A stretch of 64,000 nt of DNA, from assembly GCA_050613775.1 (NCBI GenBank), contig JBODTK010000100.1, positions 186,001 to 250,000 of the forward strand, written 5' to 3'. The notes beneath the pieces are model-generated. The model did not search any database, had not been told where the DNA came from, and worked only from the letters and a program-made list of their open reading frames with translations. A program made the position numbers and the translations under genes. The first letter of the stretch is position 1; every line of letters begins with the position of its first letter. This stretch comes from Neocallimastix sp. 'constans' (Eukaryota). Shown piece by piece: positions 50,701-61,623 of the stretch.

Positions 50701-52226
50701 GTTGTGGTGGACTCTTTGCAGATGATATTGTTCTATGCGCACCATCAAGAACTAAGTTGAAAAAAATGCTTAAGAAGGTAAATGAATGGGCTAAATTTAA
50801 TATGATGAATTTTGGAATTAATAAGTGTGCAACGATGGTGATTCGACCAGACACACCTCTTTTTCAAAATAAAAGAGATCCTACTTTTTATCTTGCTGGT
50901 CAACCAATTCCAATAACTAAATGTTATACCTATTTAGGTATACCATTTGATAAAAGCTTATCGTTGAAACCTATTATTAAATTACTTAACTCTAAAGTAA
51001 CTAAAGCTCTCTTTTCTGTTAGTAAATTTCTTTCAAATTCCAAAATTCCTATTCCATTTAAGAAGATTATAATTAACTCTTATGTACTTAGTAAAGTCTC
51101 TTACTTTGCACCTTTACTTGGTTCGAATAAAACGAGAACAAATAATACTCAGAAATTAATTAATAAAGGATTAAGATGGATTGCAGGTATACAAAAAGCC
51201 AAATCATTTATTAATGTATATTCTATTTCAAAAGATTTACATATTCCTCCATTGTCAGCTAAGTGTGCTTTGTCTCAGGTCAAATGTTTTGATAAATGGA
51301 AAAATTCAAATTGTATTATTTCCTATTTAGTTAATAATATTCCAAAATCTAGAAAATATACATGGACAAAAGAAAGTAGAACTCTTAAACGTAAACTGGA
51401 GAAAAGAGGTAATAACGATAATAAAATCAAGGATTTTTATTGGAAAAGAGATATGAAAATCAATTCTATTAAAGCTGAGTTTTATGACAAAAACAAATTC
51501 GAAGAAACATCAAAATTTATAAAACTTTGTTATGACTATCCTGATCTTTCATATGGTTTCTATTGGCTATTGAGAGCACGAAGCGGATATAGATTAGATG
51601 CTAGAATTGCTAAAGCTGCAAAAATAGTGGACCAAATGTGTCCTAATTTTTGTCCCTGTTGTAAAAGTAATAAACAATGGATAAGTCATTGGTTAATTGA
51701 TTGTCCCTTTTTCAATCATACTCGTAGTAAAGTTAATGATAAAATTTTATTTTTATATAATGCTTTTTACCGTGGCAACCTAACAAATGATATTGTTAAT
51801 AGTAATAATGATAATAGTAATAGTAATAATAGTAATAGTTATAATAGTAATAATAATATTAGTAATAGTATTTTTAGTAATGTTAGTAATAGTATTGAAA
51901 ATAATGTGTATATTGATTCTAGTGTGTGTGAAAAAGTGTTTAATTTCCTTCTTGGAGGTCGAAGTATTAATAACAGTACAAGGGAATGGAAGGATCTATT
52001 TAAGTGCCAGATGAAATCAGGTGCTTATTCTGATACTCCGTTCTTAGTGGTTACTGCGGCACTTCTCCAATCGATTATACCTATTGCTATTGGCCAGCAA
52101 TGGTCTTTGTTCAATAGGTTCAAATCGAATCGTACTACTACTACCAAGAGCGTCAATGCTGAAGAAACAGTAAGACAGGCCAGCAGGGCTAGCGCAACCA
52201 ATGAAGATCATAATTTTGTATCTTAA
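47793..52226 (+). CDS. LINE A polyprotein: RRM-like N-terminal domain, Ser-rich linker, APE endonuclease, reverse transcriptase, C-terminal Cys/His knuckle (1477 aa)
   Basis: APE motifs SWNTNG, FQET, NVYVP, GDFN, IDH, SDHKP. RT motifs GPDG, YRGISL, QFGFR, FLDLKKAYDSV, GVRQGCPLSP, FADD, YLG. Knuckle CPCC..HWLIDC. No stops. Confidence 0.95.
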   Translation: MEIQFIRNKNFILRGSRCHGIPMENTKLLFIRGLRSWPEIKMRRHLKKTLNELNDKVLSVKRIANFNDAFFKIKIVGNEEELTSITDCIVNSFKRASINVINCSKRNHKYSFSSLKKKHFALSEKVNSSYNINLFTTSNSNADSSQNSNSSSNTDSCSSSSTSSSSSSSTSLSTSSSTGSSSSSSPSSSTISSSSSSTSSSTSSSSSSSSSTSSSSISNLCLNSVSSSDSNSNFSSINYNNSNNINNTHINNNTVKEFSLCVSWNTNGWNFDKKDSVEFFISMYKPLFLCFQETGNGSGSSSKYPCRVSLKNYKHFFKKANNEIPGKRGLYIGFHNSCQASLENNTYEYIISLYTYNFWNFTKCSIGNVYVPHSGHSLHARAARIEILSWLNSHSSHPSMLVGDFNLPTEKLSNLLSKFSNWKILPLWGSPISWSRGNRESAIDHAIVNDHMLDLLSYGTFIDFPPISDHKPLLIKGKCFSSVNSDNSFSLPKKTVKWDRLKCINEKESIFDNNYFSVLEEVIPDPNISIDDISKKFISTSFNIAKELNITSISEVRKSFFHMSQKIFNLQKLKMKLYKSIKRRGSYHNLDEFEELIDKYNRMCKIIHHMCNIYRKTEYQHWINTGCEYMKSHNPKKAWKWLKTTAKVDKFKNMSNSPVKDKNGKLATSTKEQLEVWHNHYKKLASSHSDINSALIEWSNKFSNGTIRYTRHNEWDINQDISIEEIREAILATPNYKASGPDGIPIEFYKALIPPDDENSVNNSSSGLNCLQKIYSRIWNGEFPSSWNEASIISIPKKGDDLSDCDNYRGISLINNGIKLISKIVSKRISEYGLKNNFIRPEQFGFRTKEECVSLFISIREICQRRKNDNKETYLAFLDLKKAYDSVPIGNILYKLDALGIRGKCYQFIKNLYLTSKASVKIDDQYSESFNIMKGVRQGCPLSPILFNLFINDIFNDVSELGIPLGESRCCGGLFADDIVLCAPSRTKLKKMLKKVNEWAKFNMMNFGINKCATMVIRPDTPLFQNKRDPTFYLAGQPIPITKCYTYLGIPFDKSLSLKPIIKLLNSKVTKALFSVSKFLSNSKIPIPFKKIIINSYVLSKVSYFAPLLGSNKTRTNNTQKLINKGLRWIAGIQKAKSFINVYSISKDLHIPPLSAKCALSQVKCFDKWKNSNCIISYLVNNIPKSRKYTWTKESRTLKRKLEKRGNNDNKIKDFYWKRDMKINSIKAEFYDKNKFEETSKFIKLCYDYPDLSYGFYWLLRARSGYRLDARIAKAAKIVDQMCPNFCPCCKSNKQWISHWLIDCPFFNHTRSKVNDKILFLYNAFYRGNLTNDIVNSNNDNSNSNNSNSYNSNNNISNSIFSNVSNSIENNVYIDSSVCEKVFNFLLGGRSINNSTREWKDLFKCQMKSGAYSDTPFLVVTAALLQSIIPIAIGQQWSLFNRFKSNRTTTTKSVNAEETVRQASRASATNEDHNFVS
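48200..48500 (+). repeat. (TCAAGT)n-like hexamer array encoding the poly-Ser linker of LINE A
   Basis: In-frame TCAAGT/ACAAGT repeats. Confidence 0.9.
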
Positions 52227-52457
52227 AATTATGATTAACATTGCGAAGTCAAAGTTAATTATTATACTTCAGTATAATAATGCCCTTGTGAAGTCTTACA
52301 AATATTAATTAAATGAAACTAGAATATATTATACCATTATTTTATTTTTATTTTGTGTTTTATTTTTTGTTTATTTTTTTATCTTTTTTTTTTTATTATT
52401 TTATTACATGTATTTTATCAAATATTTAATTAATAAAGATGAAACAAGTTTGCTGCC

Positions 52458-52496
<39 letters not shown>

Positions 52497-52727
52497 TTTC
52501 TAAAGTTATGATTTATATAAAAAATAAAAATTGCATTAAAAATTGAAAAGTAATTTAAATTTTATTATAATACTAATTGCTGAACCCCCTCAGAAACCAT
52601 ACAGCTTCGGTTCCATCATTCATGTGAACCCCAATGATGTGGACTGTTTTTCCAGGTCCATGGAGGGTTGATGGAAAAGGAATAACCTATATCAGGTGTA
52701 CTAATTACAGCTTTCTGTGATTCTGAT

Positions 52728-55420
52728 TCCCCTACTTGCATAAAATCTAAATTTGGTCAAGATATTATCTCTCCTACTAAACAATTAGATAGATGGGCTG
52801 AATATTATAAAGATCTAGCTTCTGATCCCTCAGGTCACAGCCTTAATCGTAACTTCTGGATCCATGCTTTAAGGAATATTAGTCTTAGATCCTCTACCTG
52901 GAATATCAACGATCCCATTACGATTGACGATATTAAAAAAACAATTTCTTCTATGAAAAACAACAAAGCACCCGGCCCCGATGGTATCCCGATTGAATTC
53001 TACAAAGCTCTGTTTTGCAATGAAGAATTACTAGAAACACATCCTGCTGCTGGAAAGTGTCTTAAATTGATTTTTAATAAAATATGGAATGGGTCTTTTC
53101 CTAAAAAATGGAACTCAGCTTCTATTGTATCAATCACTAAGAAAGGTGACCTATCAGATTGTAGTAATTATCGAGGTATTTCTCTCATTAATGTTGGACT
53201 GAAAATCATTTCAAAAATTGTAACAGATAGAATATCTTCTTACGCACTCTCACACAATTTCATTAGACCTGAACAATTTGGCTTTCGCAACCGTGAAGAA
53301 TGCATTAGTTTATTCATTTCCGTTAGAGAAATATGCCAAAGAAGAAAATTTCAAGGAAAATTCACATATTTAGCCTTTTTAGATCTTAAAAAAGCTTATG
53401 ATTCAGTTCCTATTTTTAACATTCTTACTAAATTATATCATTATGGCATACGTGGTAAATGTTTTGATTTTCTTTGTAATTTATATACTTCATCTAAAGC
53501 TCGTGCTCGATTTGCTTCAATGTTATCAAATGAATTTCCTATTAAAAGAGGTGTTCGTCAAGGTTGTCCATTATCTCCGATCTTATTCAATTTATTCATC
53601 AATGATATATTAAATGACTGTGAAAAGTTTGGTGTTAATATTGGAAGAAAAAAGTGTTGTGGTGGACTCTTTGCTGATGATGTTATTCTAATTGCTCCAA
53701 GTGCAAAAAATTTAGAAAAATTACTAAAAAAAGGTACATAGATGGGCTAATTTAAATGAAATGACTTTTGGTATTGAAAAATGTGCAACTATGGTTATAA
53801 AACCAATGAACTTCCAATCTCCTCCAAACTATAGTGACCCAACCTTCTATTTAGGAATGAATGCTATTCCTAAAGTTTCTAGTTATATTTATCTTGGTAT
53901 TCCTTTTTCTGATGATCTCTTACTAGAACACATTATATCTCACATGCATTTTAAAGTTAGAAAATCCCTTCTTTCATTTACACATTTCTTCTCAAATAAA
54001 CTTATCCCTATTGCATACAAGAAAAAAGTTCTTCAATCCTTTGTTATTAGTAAAGTAATTTATTATTCTCCTTTACTTGGTTCAAACAAATCCAGAACGG
54101 CCAGAATTCAAACATTAATTAATACTGGTCTATTTTGGTGTATCGGCTCCTTCTCTAAAAATGGTAAAACAAGTTCAGAAGACAATGACTATATTAGACA
54201 TAATTCTACTATGAGTACTTATGCTTTATCTCGAGATCTAAGCATTCCTCCTATTGCTGGTGTCTGCGCAGCCTTACAGATTAAATCATTTGCAAAATGG
54301 AGTAAATCAAACTGTATTATAAAGGATCTTATTAAATATATTCCCAAAATGCATCATTATTCCTGGACTAAAGAATCTAGAACACTGTATAAAAAAATCA
54401 AAAAATATAAATGTGAAAAATATGACGATATTTTAGAACGTTACTGGAAATCAGTTGCCAAATTTCAAGGTATTAAAGGTCAAAATTACGATCGTAATAA
54501 GTTCTCAAACAATAAAGCTATAATTATGCTTAGTTTAAAATATCCCCAATTCAACTTAGGGTTTTCGTGGATTATTCGTTTACGCTGTGGTTATAAATAC
54601 AATACTACTATTGCTATTAGAATGGGTAGAGTTTCAGAAGATTGTCCCAAGTCTTGCCCCTGTTGTGGCGAAGATAAACAATCTTTTAAACATTGGATTT
54701 TTAAATGCGATGCTCTTGCATCTTTTAGATGAAATTCTTTAAATTTCATCGATGATCTCTATGTTTTATTCCTTAGGAAGATTAGAGTGTTTAATCCTCT
54801 TTCTTCCTATGACTCTATTTCTAATTTTGAAGATTATATCAATCATTATATATACTTGTTCCTTCTTGGTGGGACTTTAGTTTTAAATGAGCTACATTTC
54901 GATAGTGGGGAACAGAGACAATTAAATGAACTACTTTTCAAAGGTTCATCTGAGTCACCTGTTCCAAAAATTGTGGGCTTGGCGGAATTCTTAACAAGTG
55001 CAATACCTATCATTAGTAGTTCGTTTGAGCTATTATTTGATAGGTATTGCAAAATACCAAACTTATCCAAGAGCGTCGACGTCGTACTGATAAGGCATAA
55101 TGATAATACAGGATCGTCATCTATTGCTAAGAAGGATGAATCTCTTCCTAGTAGTTCAATAAATGATGAGTCCGGGGAGAGTTTAGTGGACACCACACTA
55201 TCTATTTTAAAGATGTTACTTCTAGGTTTTATTTCTTTTTTATTTGATAGGAAGGGAAAAATTCCCGCATAGTACAACTTGCCGAAATACATAGTATTTT
55301 CGAGCTTTTTTATTTTTTTATTTTTTAATTTTTTATTTTTAATTTCAAATGTACTTTTCACCTACATGTATTTTTTAAAATAAAATTTAATAAAGTTTTG
55401 GAAGTGTATTCTCTTCCCTG

Positions 55421-55458
<38 letters not shown>
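52728..55458 (+). mobile_element. LINE B: 5'-truncated non-LTR retrotransposon (RT and C-terminal part only) flanked by a 15-bp target-site duplication
   Basis: TTCTGTGATTCTGAT at 52713-52727 and 55459-55473; poly(A) 55424-55458. RT motifs in ORFs 52953-53741 and 53761-54732, with a frameshift in the A-run near 53730. CPCC..HWIFKC knuckle; in-frame stop at 54730-54732. Confidence 0.92.
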
Positions 55459-55460
<2 letters not shown>

Positions 55461-56249
55461 CTGTGATTCTGATGATAATCGATGGTTATCCTTTCTAAAG
55501 TGGCTTCTAGTACGAAGAGTGAAAACTGGAATACTGGAAGACTGTAGAAAGTGAACCTGATGTTTTATATTGTTTTAAACTGGATATGTAGTAACATTGG
55601 AGTTGTATAATTAATAATATCATGTAGTTTCTACATATTATCATTGTAATGAATCTATTGTATTTTTTACTTTAGCATTATTTTGTATATGTATTTTTCT
55701 ATAGTATTATTTATACTTTCATGTAGCTATTGTAAAATGGAAATATAGGAGATTGATTCACTCCAAAGCTTGTGTTTAAGACATTATTTAACTGATAGGA
55801 ATCTTTTTATAGTCTTTCACTACTAACATTATTTACATTTTCATTTCAGTTTATTTAGGATTACATTAGAGAAAATTATTTTATCAATCAAAGCTTTACA
55901 AATCGATTAGAATTTCAGAAACTCAAAAGTTAACAGAAAATACAAAACAGAGAAAAAAAAAGAAAAGTGTTTTTTTTTATTCATTACTAAAATAACAGAA
56001 AAAATATTATTCATTACTACAAAATTCTTTAGTTGTTCATTTTATTTAAACTTAATCAATTACTCCACGAAGATAGGATCTTCATATTTTTATTATTATT
56101 TTATTATTTTTTTTTTTTATTTATATTTTTCCTTTTAATTATATTTATTTATTTATATATATATATATTTTTTATCCATATTTCTTAGTTTTTAGCATTT
56201 TAGTTTTCATTGTTTCATTTTTTTTAAATTGTAGTTTTTTTAGTTCATT

Positions 56250-59200
56250 ATGGAAAAGATATTTCACCGGGGTTCTCGCTGCTATGGAACATCTATTGAC
56301 AGCACAGGGTTGATTTTTATCCGTGGTATACACTCATGGACTAATGCTAAAATGAAGGAATTTATTCATTCTAAATGCAAAAAATTCAATGTTAATATTT
56401 TGTCAGTAAAAAGAATTACCAATTTCAATGATAGCTTCTTCAGGATAAAAGTATACACTCCAAATTTCAACCTCAAAAAATTTAAAAAAGTATTTAAAAA
56501 GGCACTATCAGGAGTTAAAATTTCATATAGTAGATGTTCCAAATGGAATCATAAGGTTTCTTTTCGGCATTTAAAAAAAAATTTAATATCTATTAACACA
56601 TACAATGATATTAACACAGTAAACCTCAGTTCAACAAATTTAGTAAATGCTAATAATGGCAATCATGAACTAATTGCTCCCAATATTCCTAATCTTAATT
56701 CTCAAAATCCATTTTCACATTCTAACACAGGAAAGTTTTCTTTTTGTCTTAGTTGGAATACTAATGGATGGAATTTTGTGAAAAGAGATAGTATTGAGTA
56801 CTTCAACACAATATTTAAACCATTATTTATATGTTTTCAGGAAACAGATAATGGTAACTTTGATGCTAGAAATCCCAGTAAAGTAACACTTCCCAACTAT
56901 AAATATTTCTTGAAAAGAATGGATCCTACTACTCCAGGTTGCAGAGGTTTATATCTTGGTTATCATGTCTCATGTCAAGCAGTACTTGAAGATAATTCCT
57001 ATACTTATCTTGTTTCTTTAACAACTTATAGTCTCTGGAATCACTCTAAGTGTTCTGTTGGTAATGTCTATATTCCCACTAAGAAACACTCATTACAAGT
57101 CCGATATGCATTTTCAGAAGTTTTCACATGGCTTCAGAATCACACTAATCATCCATCTATTCTTCTTGGAGACTTTAACATGAGTACCTCTGATTTACAA
57201 GATAAATTATCCAATAGTAACCTTGATAACTGGTTTATTCTTCTGATTAATGGTTCACCTATTTCATGGACAAGAGGTAGTTTTTCATCAGATATTGATC
57301 ATGCGTTAGTCAATTCAAGTATGCTTGTTAAAATATCAAGTGCTTATTTTGTTGATTATCCTTCTGTATCTGATCATAAACCTCTCATGGTTTATTGTAA
57401 GAAAATTGCCACAGATGAATCATTTTTGTTACCAAAAAAATTTGTAAGATGAGATAGGTATAAATGTCTTGAACAAAAGAAAGAAATATGTCATCACAAT
57501 AAATTTGAAATTCTTAGTGAAGAAATAGGAAATGAAGAACTTTCAATAGATTGTGTTATTGAAAAGTTCATTAATACTACCAATTCCATAGCTAAGGATT
57601 TATCGATTACATCTTCAACAGTAATCAAGAAAGCGATGTTTAGAATGTCGGGAAAAATTTATTGTCTTCAAAAGGTAAAGCATATTAAATACAAACAAAT
57701 TAAGCGTTTTGTTTCTGCAAATGATTCCAATGAATTTGCTAAAATAGTTGACTCATATAACAGACTTTGTGAATCAATTCATAAAAAATGTAATGAATTT
57801 AGGAAAAAAGAATATTTATATTGGATTAAAATTGGATGTTCGTTAGCTCTTAAAAAGGATAGTAGGAAAGCATGGAAATGGGTTAAAAAGAATGCAAAAA
57901 TAAATAATCAATCTTTCACGGTCTCTCATCCTATTAAAAATTATAATAATGAACTTGTTTCTTCTACAGATGAAAAATTAAAAGTTTGGCATTCTCATTA
58001 TAAATTCTTAGGGTCAGATTCTTCAGGTCATAGTCTTTCTAAAGATTACTGGAAAGATTCTGATGCACTAAGGAATTTGGGAAGACCAAGGCAACAAGAA
58101 TGGGATATTAACCAAGGCATTAGCGATGAAGAAATTTGCAAAGCTATCTCCTCCACTCCTATCTTTAAAGCTTGTGGTCCTGATGGTATTCCAATGGAAT
58201 TCTTCAAAGCTTTGATTCCTTGTAAAGATGATTCAGAAGGATCAAGTGATAATAATAGTAATATTTCATCTGGCTTTAAATGTCTCAAAGCCTTAATCAA
58301 TCGTATTTGGAATGGTGATTTCCCAAAATCATGGAATAACGCATCAATAGTTTCTATTCATAAAAAGGGCGATCTATTAGATTGTAACAATTATCGTGGC
58401 ATCTCACATATCAATAATGGATTAAAAATTATTGCAAAAATCATAGCTAATAGAATCTCTAAATATGAAATTGATGAAGGTTTTATAAGACCTGAACAAT
58501 TTGGATTTCGTAATCGAGAGGAATGTATAAGTCTTTACACTACATTAAGAATTATATGTCAGAGAAGGAAATTTGAAAATAAGGATACTTACCTTGCTTT
58601 TTTGGACCTTAAAAAAGCGTATGACTCAGTGCCCATATATAATGTATTAATGAAGATTCATCACTTAGGTATTAGAGGTAAGTGCTATAATTTTATTGAA
58701 AATTTATACTTATCTTCCAAAGCTTGTGTAAGAGTTGATGGAAAATTATCTGAATCATTTAATATTAAGAAAGAAGTTCGTCAAGGTTGTCCCCTCTCAC
58801 CAATTTTGTTTAACTTGTTCATTAATGATACTTTTAATAATTGTAATAAATATGGCGTCTTTATTGGTGAAAAACGTTGTTGTGGAGGTCTTTTTGCAGA
58901 TGACATTGTATTATGTGCTCCAACAAGATCCCAACTTAAGAAATTGTTAAAATTTGCCAGTAAATGAGCTAGAAATAATGAAATGCAATTTGGTATCAAT
59001 AAATGTGCCAGTCTAGTAGTACGAGGGGAATTTTCTAGTTTTCTTTATAATAGTAATCCTACCTTCTATCTTTCAAGTCAAGAGTTACCTAAAACGAATT
59101 GCTATACCTACTTAGGTGTACCATTTTCAAATGATTTAGAATTGAAACCGATCATACAGCGAATGAATAATAAAGTTAGAAATGCACTTTATTCCATAAA

Positions 59201-60530
59201 AGGATTTATTAAGAACCCTCATATTCCTATCCCTTATAAAAGAATGTTATTTTCAGCAATAGTAATTGGACAAGTTTCATATTATGTACCTCTACTTGGA
59301 TCTAACAAAGAGAGAACGAGAAGTACACAGACACTAGTTAATTCAGGATTATACTGGATTGAAGGATTTTCTAAAGGGAATAGCTTTACTTCCCTTTATT
59401 ATGTTTCTAAAGAAGTTAACGTTCCTCCTCTTTCGGCGAAATGTGAGATTGCTCAGGTAAGGTGTTTTTAAAAATGGAAAAACTCGAAATGTATTATCTC
59501 TGATTTACTTAGAGATATATCTTGTTGTAGACGTCATGCATGGGATAAAGAAAGTAAAATTCTAACTGACAAATTAAGTAAATTTCCATTAAAAAAAGCT
59601 ATTTTAAACTTTTACTAGGATAGAGATATGGCAGGAAAATCAATCAAAGCTAAGGCTTATAAAAATAATAATTTTGAGGAAACTAGAGAGTATCTTCAGC
59701 TAAATTATAAATATCCTGAATTTAGCATTGGCTTCCGATGGGTACTTCGCGCCAGATGTGGATATAAATTCGATGCTCGTGATGCCAAAGCCGCCAAAAT
59801 GATTGAAGAAAACTGTCCTGAAAGGTGTCCTTGTTGTTATAGAAAAAATAGTAATCCTCGGTTGGAATATTGGTTTTCTAAATGCTATCTTTTCCGTGAA
59901 TTTAGAATGAAATATTTTAAGGATATTGAAATTCTTTATGAAATATTTTATATTATTTCTAAATATTGTCCAATATCAAATAGTAATGTAAACACTGCTA
60001 TCACAGATATGAATAATATAGAATTAAGTTCTGACTCTGATAGCAGTAACGAAGTATATAATATTAATAATATTAGCAATAGAAAAAATATTGTTAATAA
60101 TAGTAGAAATAGTGATAGTGAAAATAGAAATACTAATATTAGTGATAGTGAAAATTATAATATCGTTACTACTAATTTAGTGAATAGTTCAATTGGTGAA
60201 ATCGTGGTAATTTAAGTAATTTTCTGAATAATAAGTGTGTAAATATATATGTGACGTGGTACCCATTATATAACTTCCTTCTTGGTGGAAGAGATGCAGA
60301 CATAATAGATTTAAATTATAAAAAGGAATGGAATATTTCGTTTAAGAACCAAATCATTTCTGGTGATTATTCAAAAACGCCATTCTTGGTGCGATCTGTG
60401 GCTCTCTTTACAGAAATTATGCCTCTGGCTAGTGGTTACTATTCCCAAAAATATAAGTACAAACTAAACAGGAGCATCAACGCTAAAAAATGCAGTAAGA
60501 CAGGCTAGCAGGACCATTGCCTCTGAAGAC
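56250..60530 (+). pseudogene. LINE C polyprotein pseudogene (RRM-like, APE, RT, knuckle)
   Basis: Colinear with the LINE A ORF. In-frame stops at 57450-57452, 58965-58967, 59469-59471 and 59616-59618, plus frameshifts near the 3' end. Confidence 0.9.
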
Positions 60531-60830
60531 CATAATTTCTTTCAGATAGACAATTTACACCCTAATCCAGAAGGATATGAGGTACATTGCATATGAACTT
60601 TTTTCTGAATTTATTTATACACATTATTTTTTGAATATTACTTTTTTATTTCACGTTACTATTTTAAATATTATTATGTTCTTATTGGAAAATAATATTT
60701 ATTTTTTTTTATTAATTCTATGTTTTTTTTTGTAATATAAAAAATATTCATGTAATTAATAAAAGAATAAATAAATAAAGATTAAAGTTCGCAATAATTG
60801 AGTTTGTTAATATATATATATATATATATA

Positions 60831-61025
60831 TATAATTCTAATAATTATTGATGGTTATCCTTTCTTAAGTGGCTTCTAGTATGAAGAGAGAAAATTTGAA
60901 ATATAGAAAAACTACAGAAAATGAACATGATTTTTTATATTGTTTTAAACTGGATATATAGTAACATTGAAATTGTATAATTAAAAATATCATATAATTT
61001 CTACATATTATTATTGTAAAGAATA
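60831..61025 (+). repeat. Decayed ~190-bp copy of the LINE leader segment 55462-55656
   Basis: Aligns nearly without gaps (GATGGTTATCCTTTCT.AAGTGGCTTCTAGTA..; TTTTATATTGTTTTAAACTGGATAT.TAGTAACATTG; TTTCTACATATTAT.ATTGTAA). Confidence 0.9.
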
Positions 61026-61623
61026 TTAATATTTAGTTATTAATTATTATTAAACAAATAATAATATTAATTGTTGAAATGCAAATAACTGAAATTGAGA
61101 TTTCAATTCATTTATAATTTAAACATAAGTGTTGAAAGTTTTATGTTTGAATTATATTGGTCAGGTTAAGGTGTATTATTAATTGTAACAATTAATTAAA
61201 ATTAAATAATTATCACCCACAAACTATTATAAGTTAATTAAAAAATTCAATAGTTAAAAATTATGTTTTATTGAAATCTTTTATCATATTAATAATAAAT
61301 ATTTTAAAAATTAATACTAAAAATTAAAGCTACTGATATAATAAGTTAACTTAGTTTTTTATTAATATTATTTTATTATTATATTTTATATAATTAATAT
61401 ACATGCATGTATGTATTAAGATTAAATTGCATTAATTATATTATTAATTATATTATTAATTATATTATTAATTATTATTTTAAAATTAGTATGAAAAGGA
61501 ATTGAAATTCAAATTTCTTAGAATCTTTACAAGATTATTATCCTAATTAACCTAAGTTAATCAAACTTTCAATAACTATATAATTATTAATAAAATAGAG
61601 ATTTATAATCTTAATAAAAATTC

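Larger units (their letters stand above)
47131..52493 (+). mobile_element. LINE A: apparently full-length single-ORF non-LTR retrotransposon (structured 5' UTR, ORF, 3' UTR, poly(A))
   Basis: GC-rich hairpin leader from 47131; intact ORF 47793-52226; AATAAA near 52432; poly(A) 52461-52493. Confidence 0.9.
52575..60834 (+). mobile_element. LINE C: full-length but inactivated family member whose 5' UTR is interrupted by LINE B
   Basis: Structured leader ~52575-52727 continues at 55474-56249 once LINE B and one TSD copy are removed. ORF remnants 56250-~60530. The 3' end has CATGTA..AATAAA and a (TA)n tail at 60811-60834. Confidence 0.8.

Noticed and set aside
54846..55361. 171-aa antisense ORF in LINE B
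   Set aside because: Opposite-strand shadow of the element's C-terminal coding region, with no counterpart in A or C.
57450..59618. UGA read as Trp (alternative code or readthrough) in LINE C
   Set aside because: A TAG also replaces a Trp and a TAA occurs elsewhere in frame. Host genes use TGG normally, so these are inactivating mutations.
55462..61025. LTRs flanking LINE C
   Set aside because: The repeats lack TG..CA ends, PBS and PPT, and the element encodes APE rather than integrase. They are leader copies from adjacent family members.
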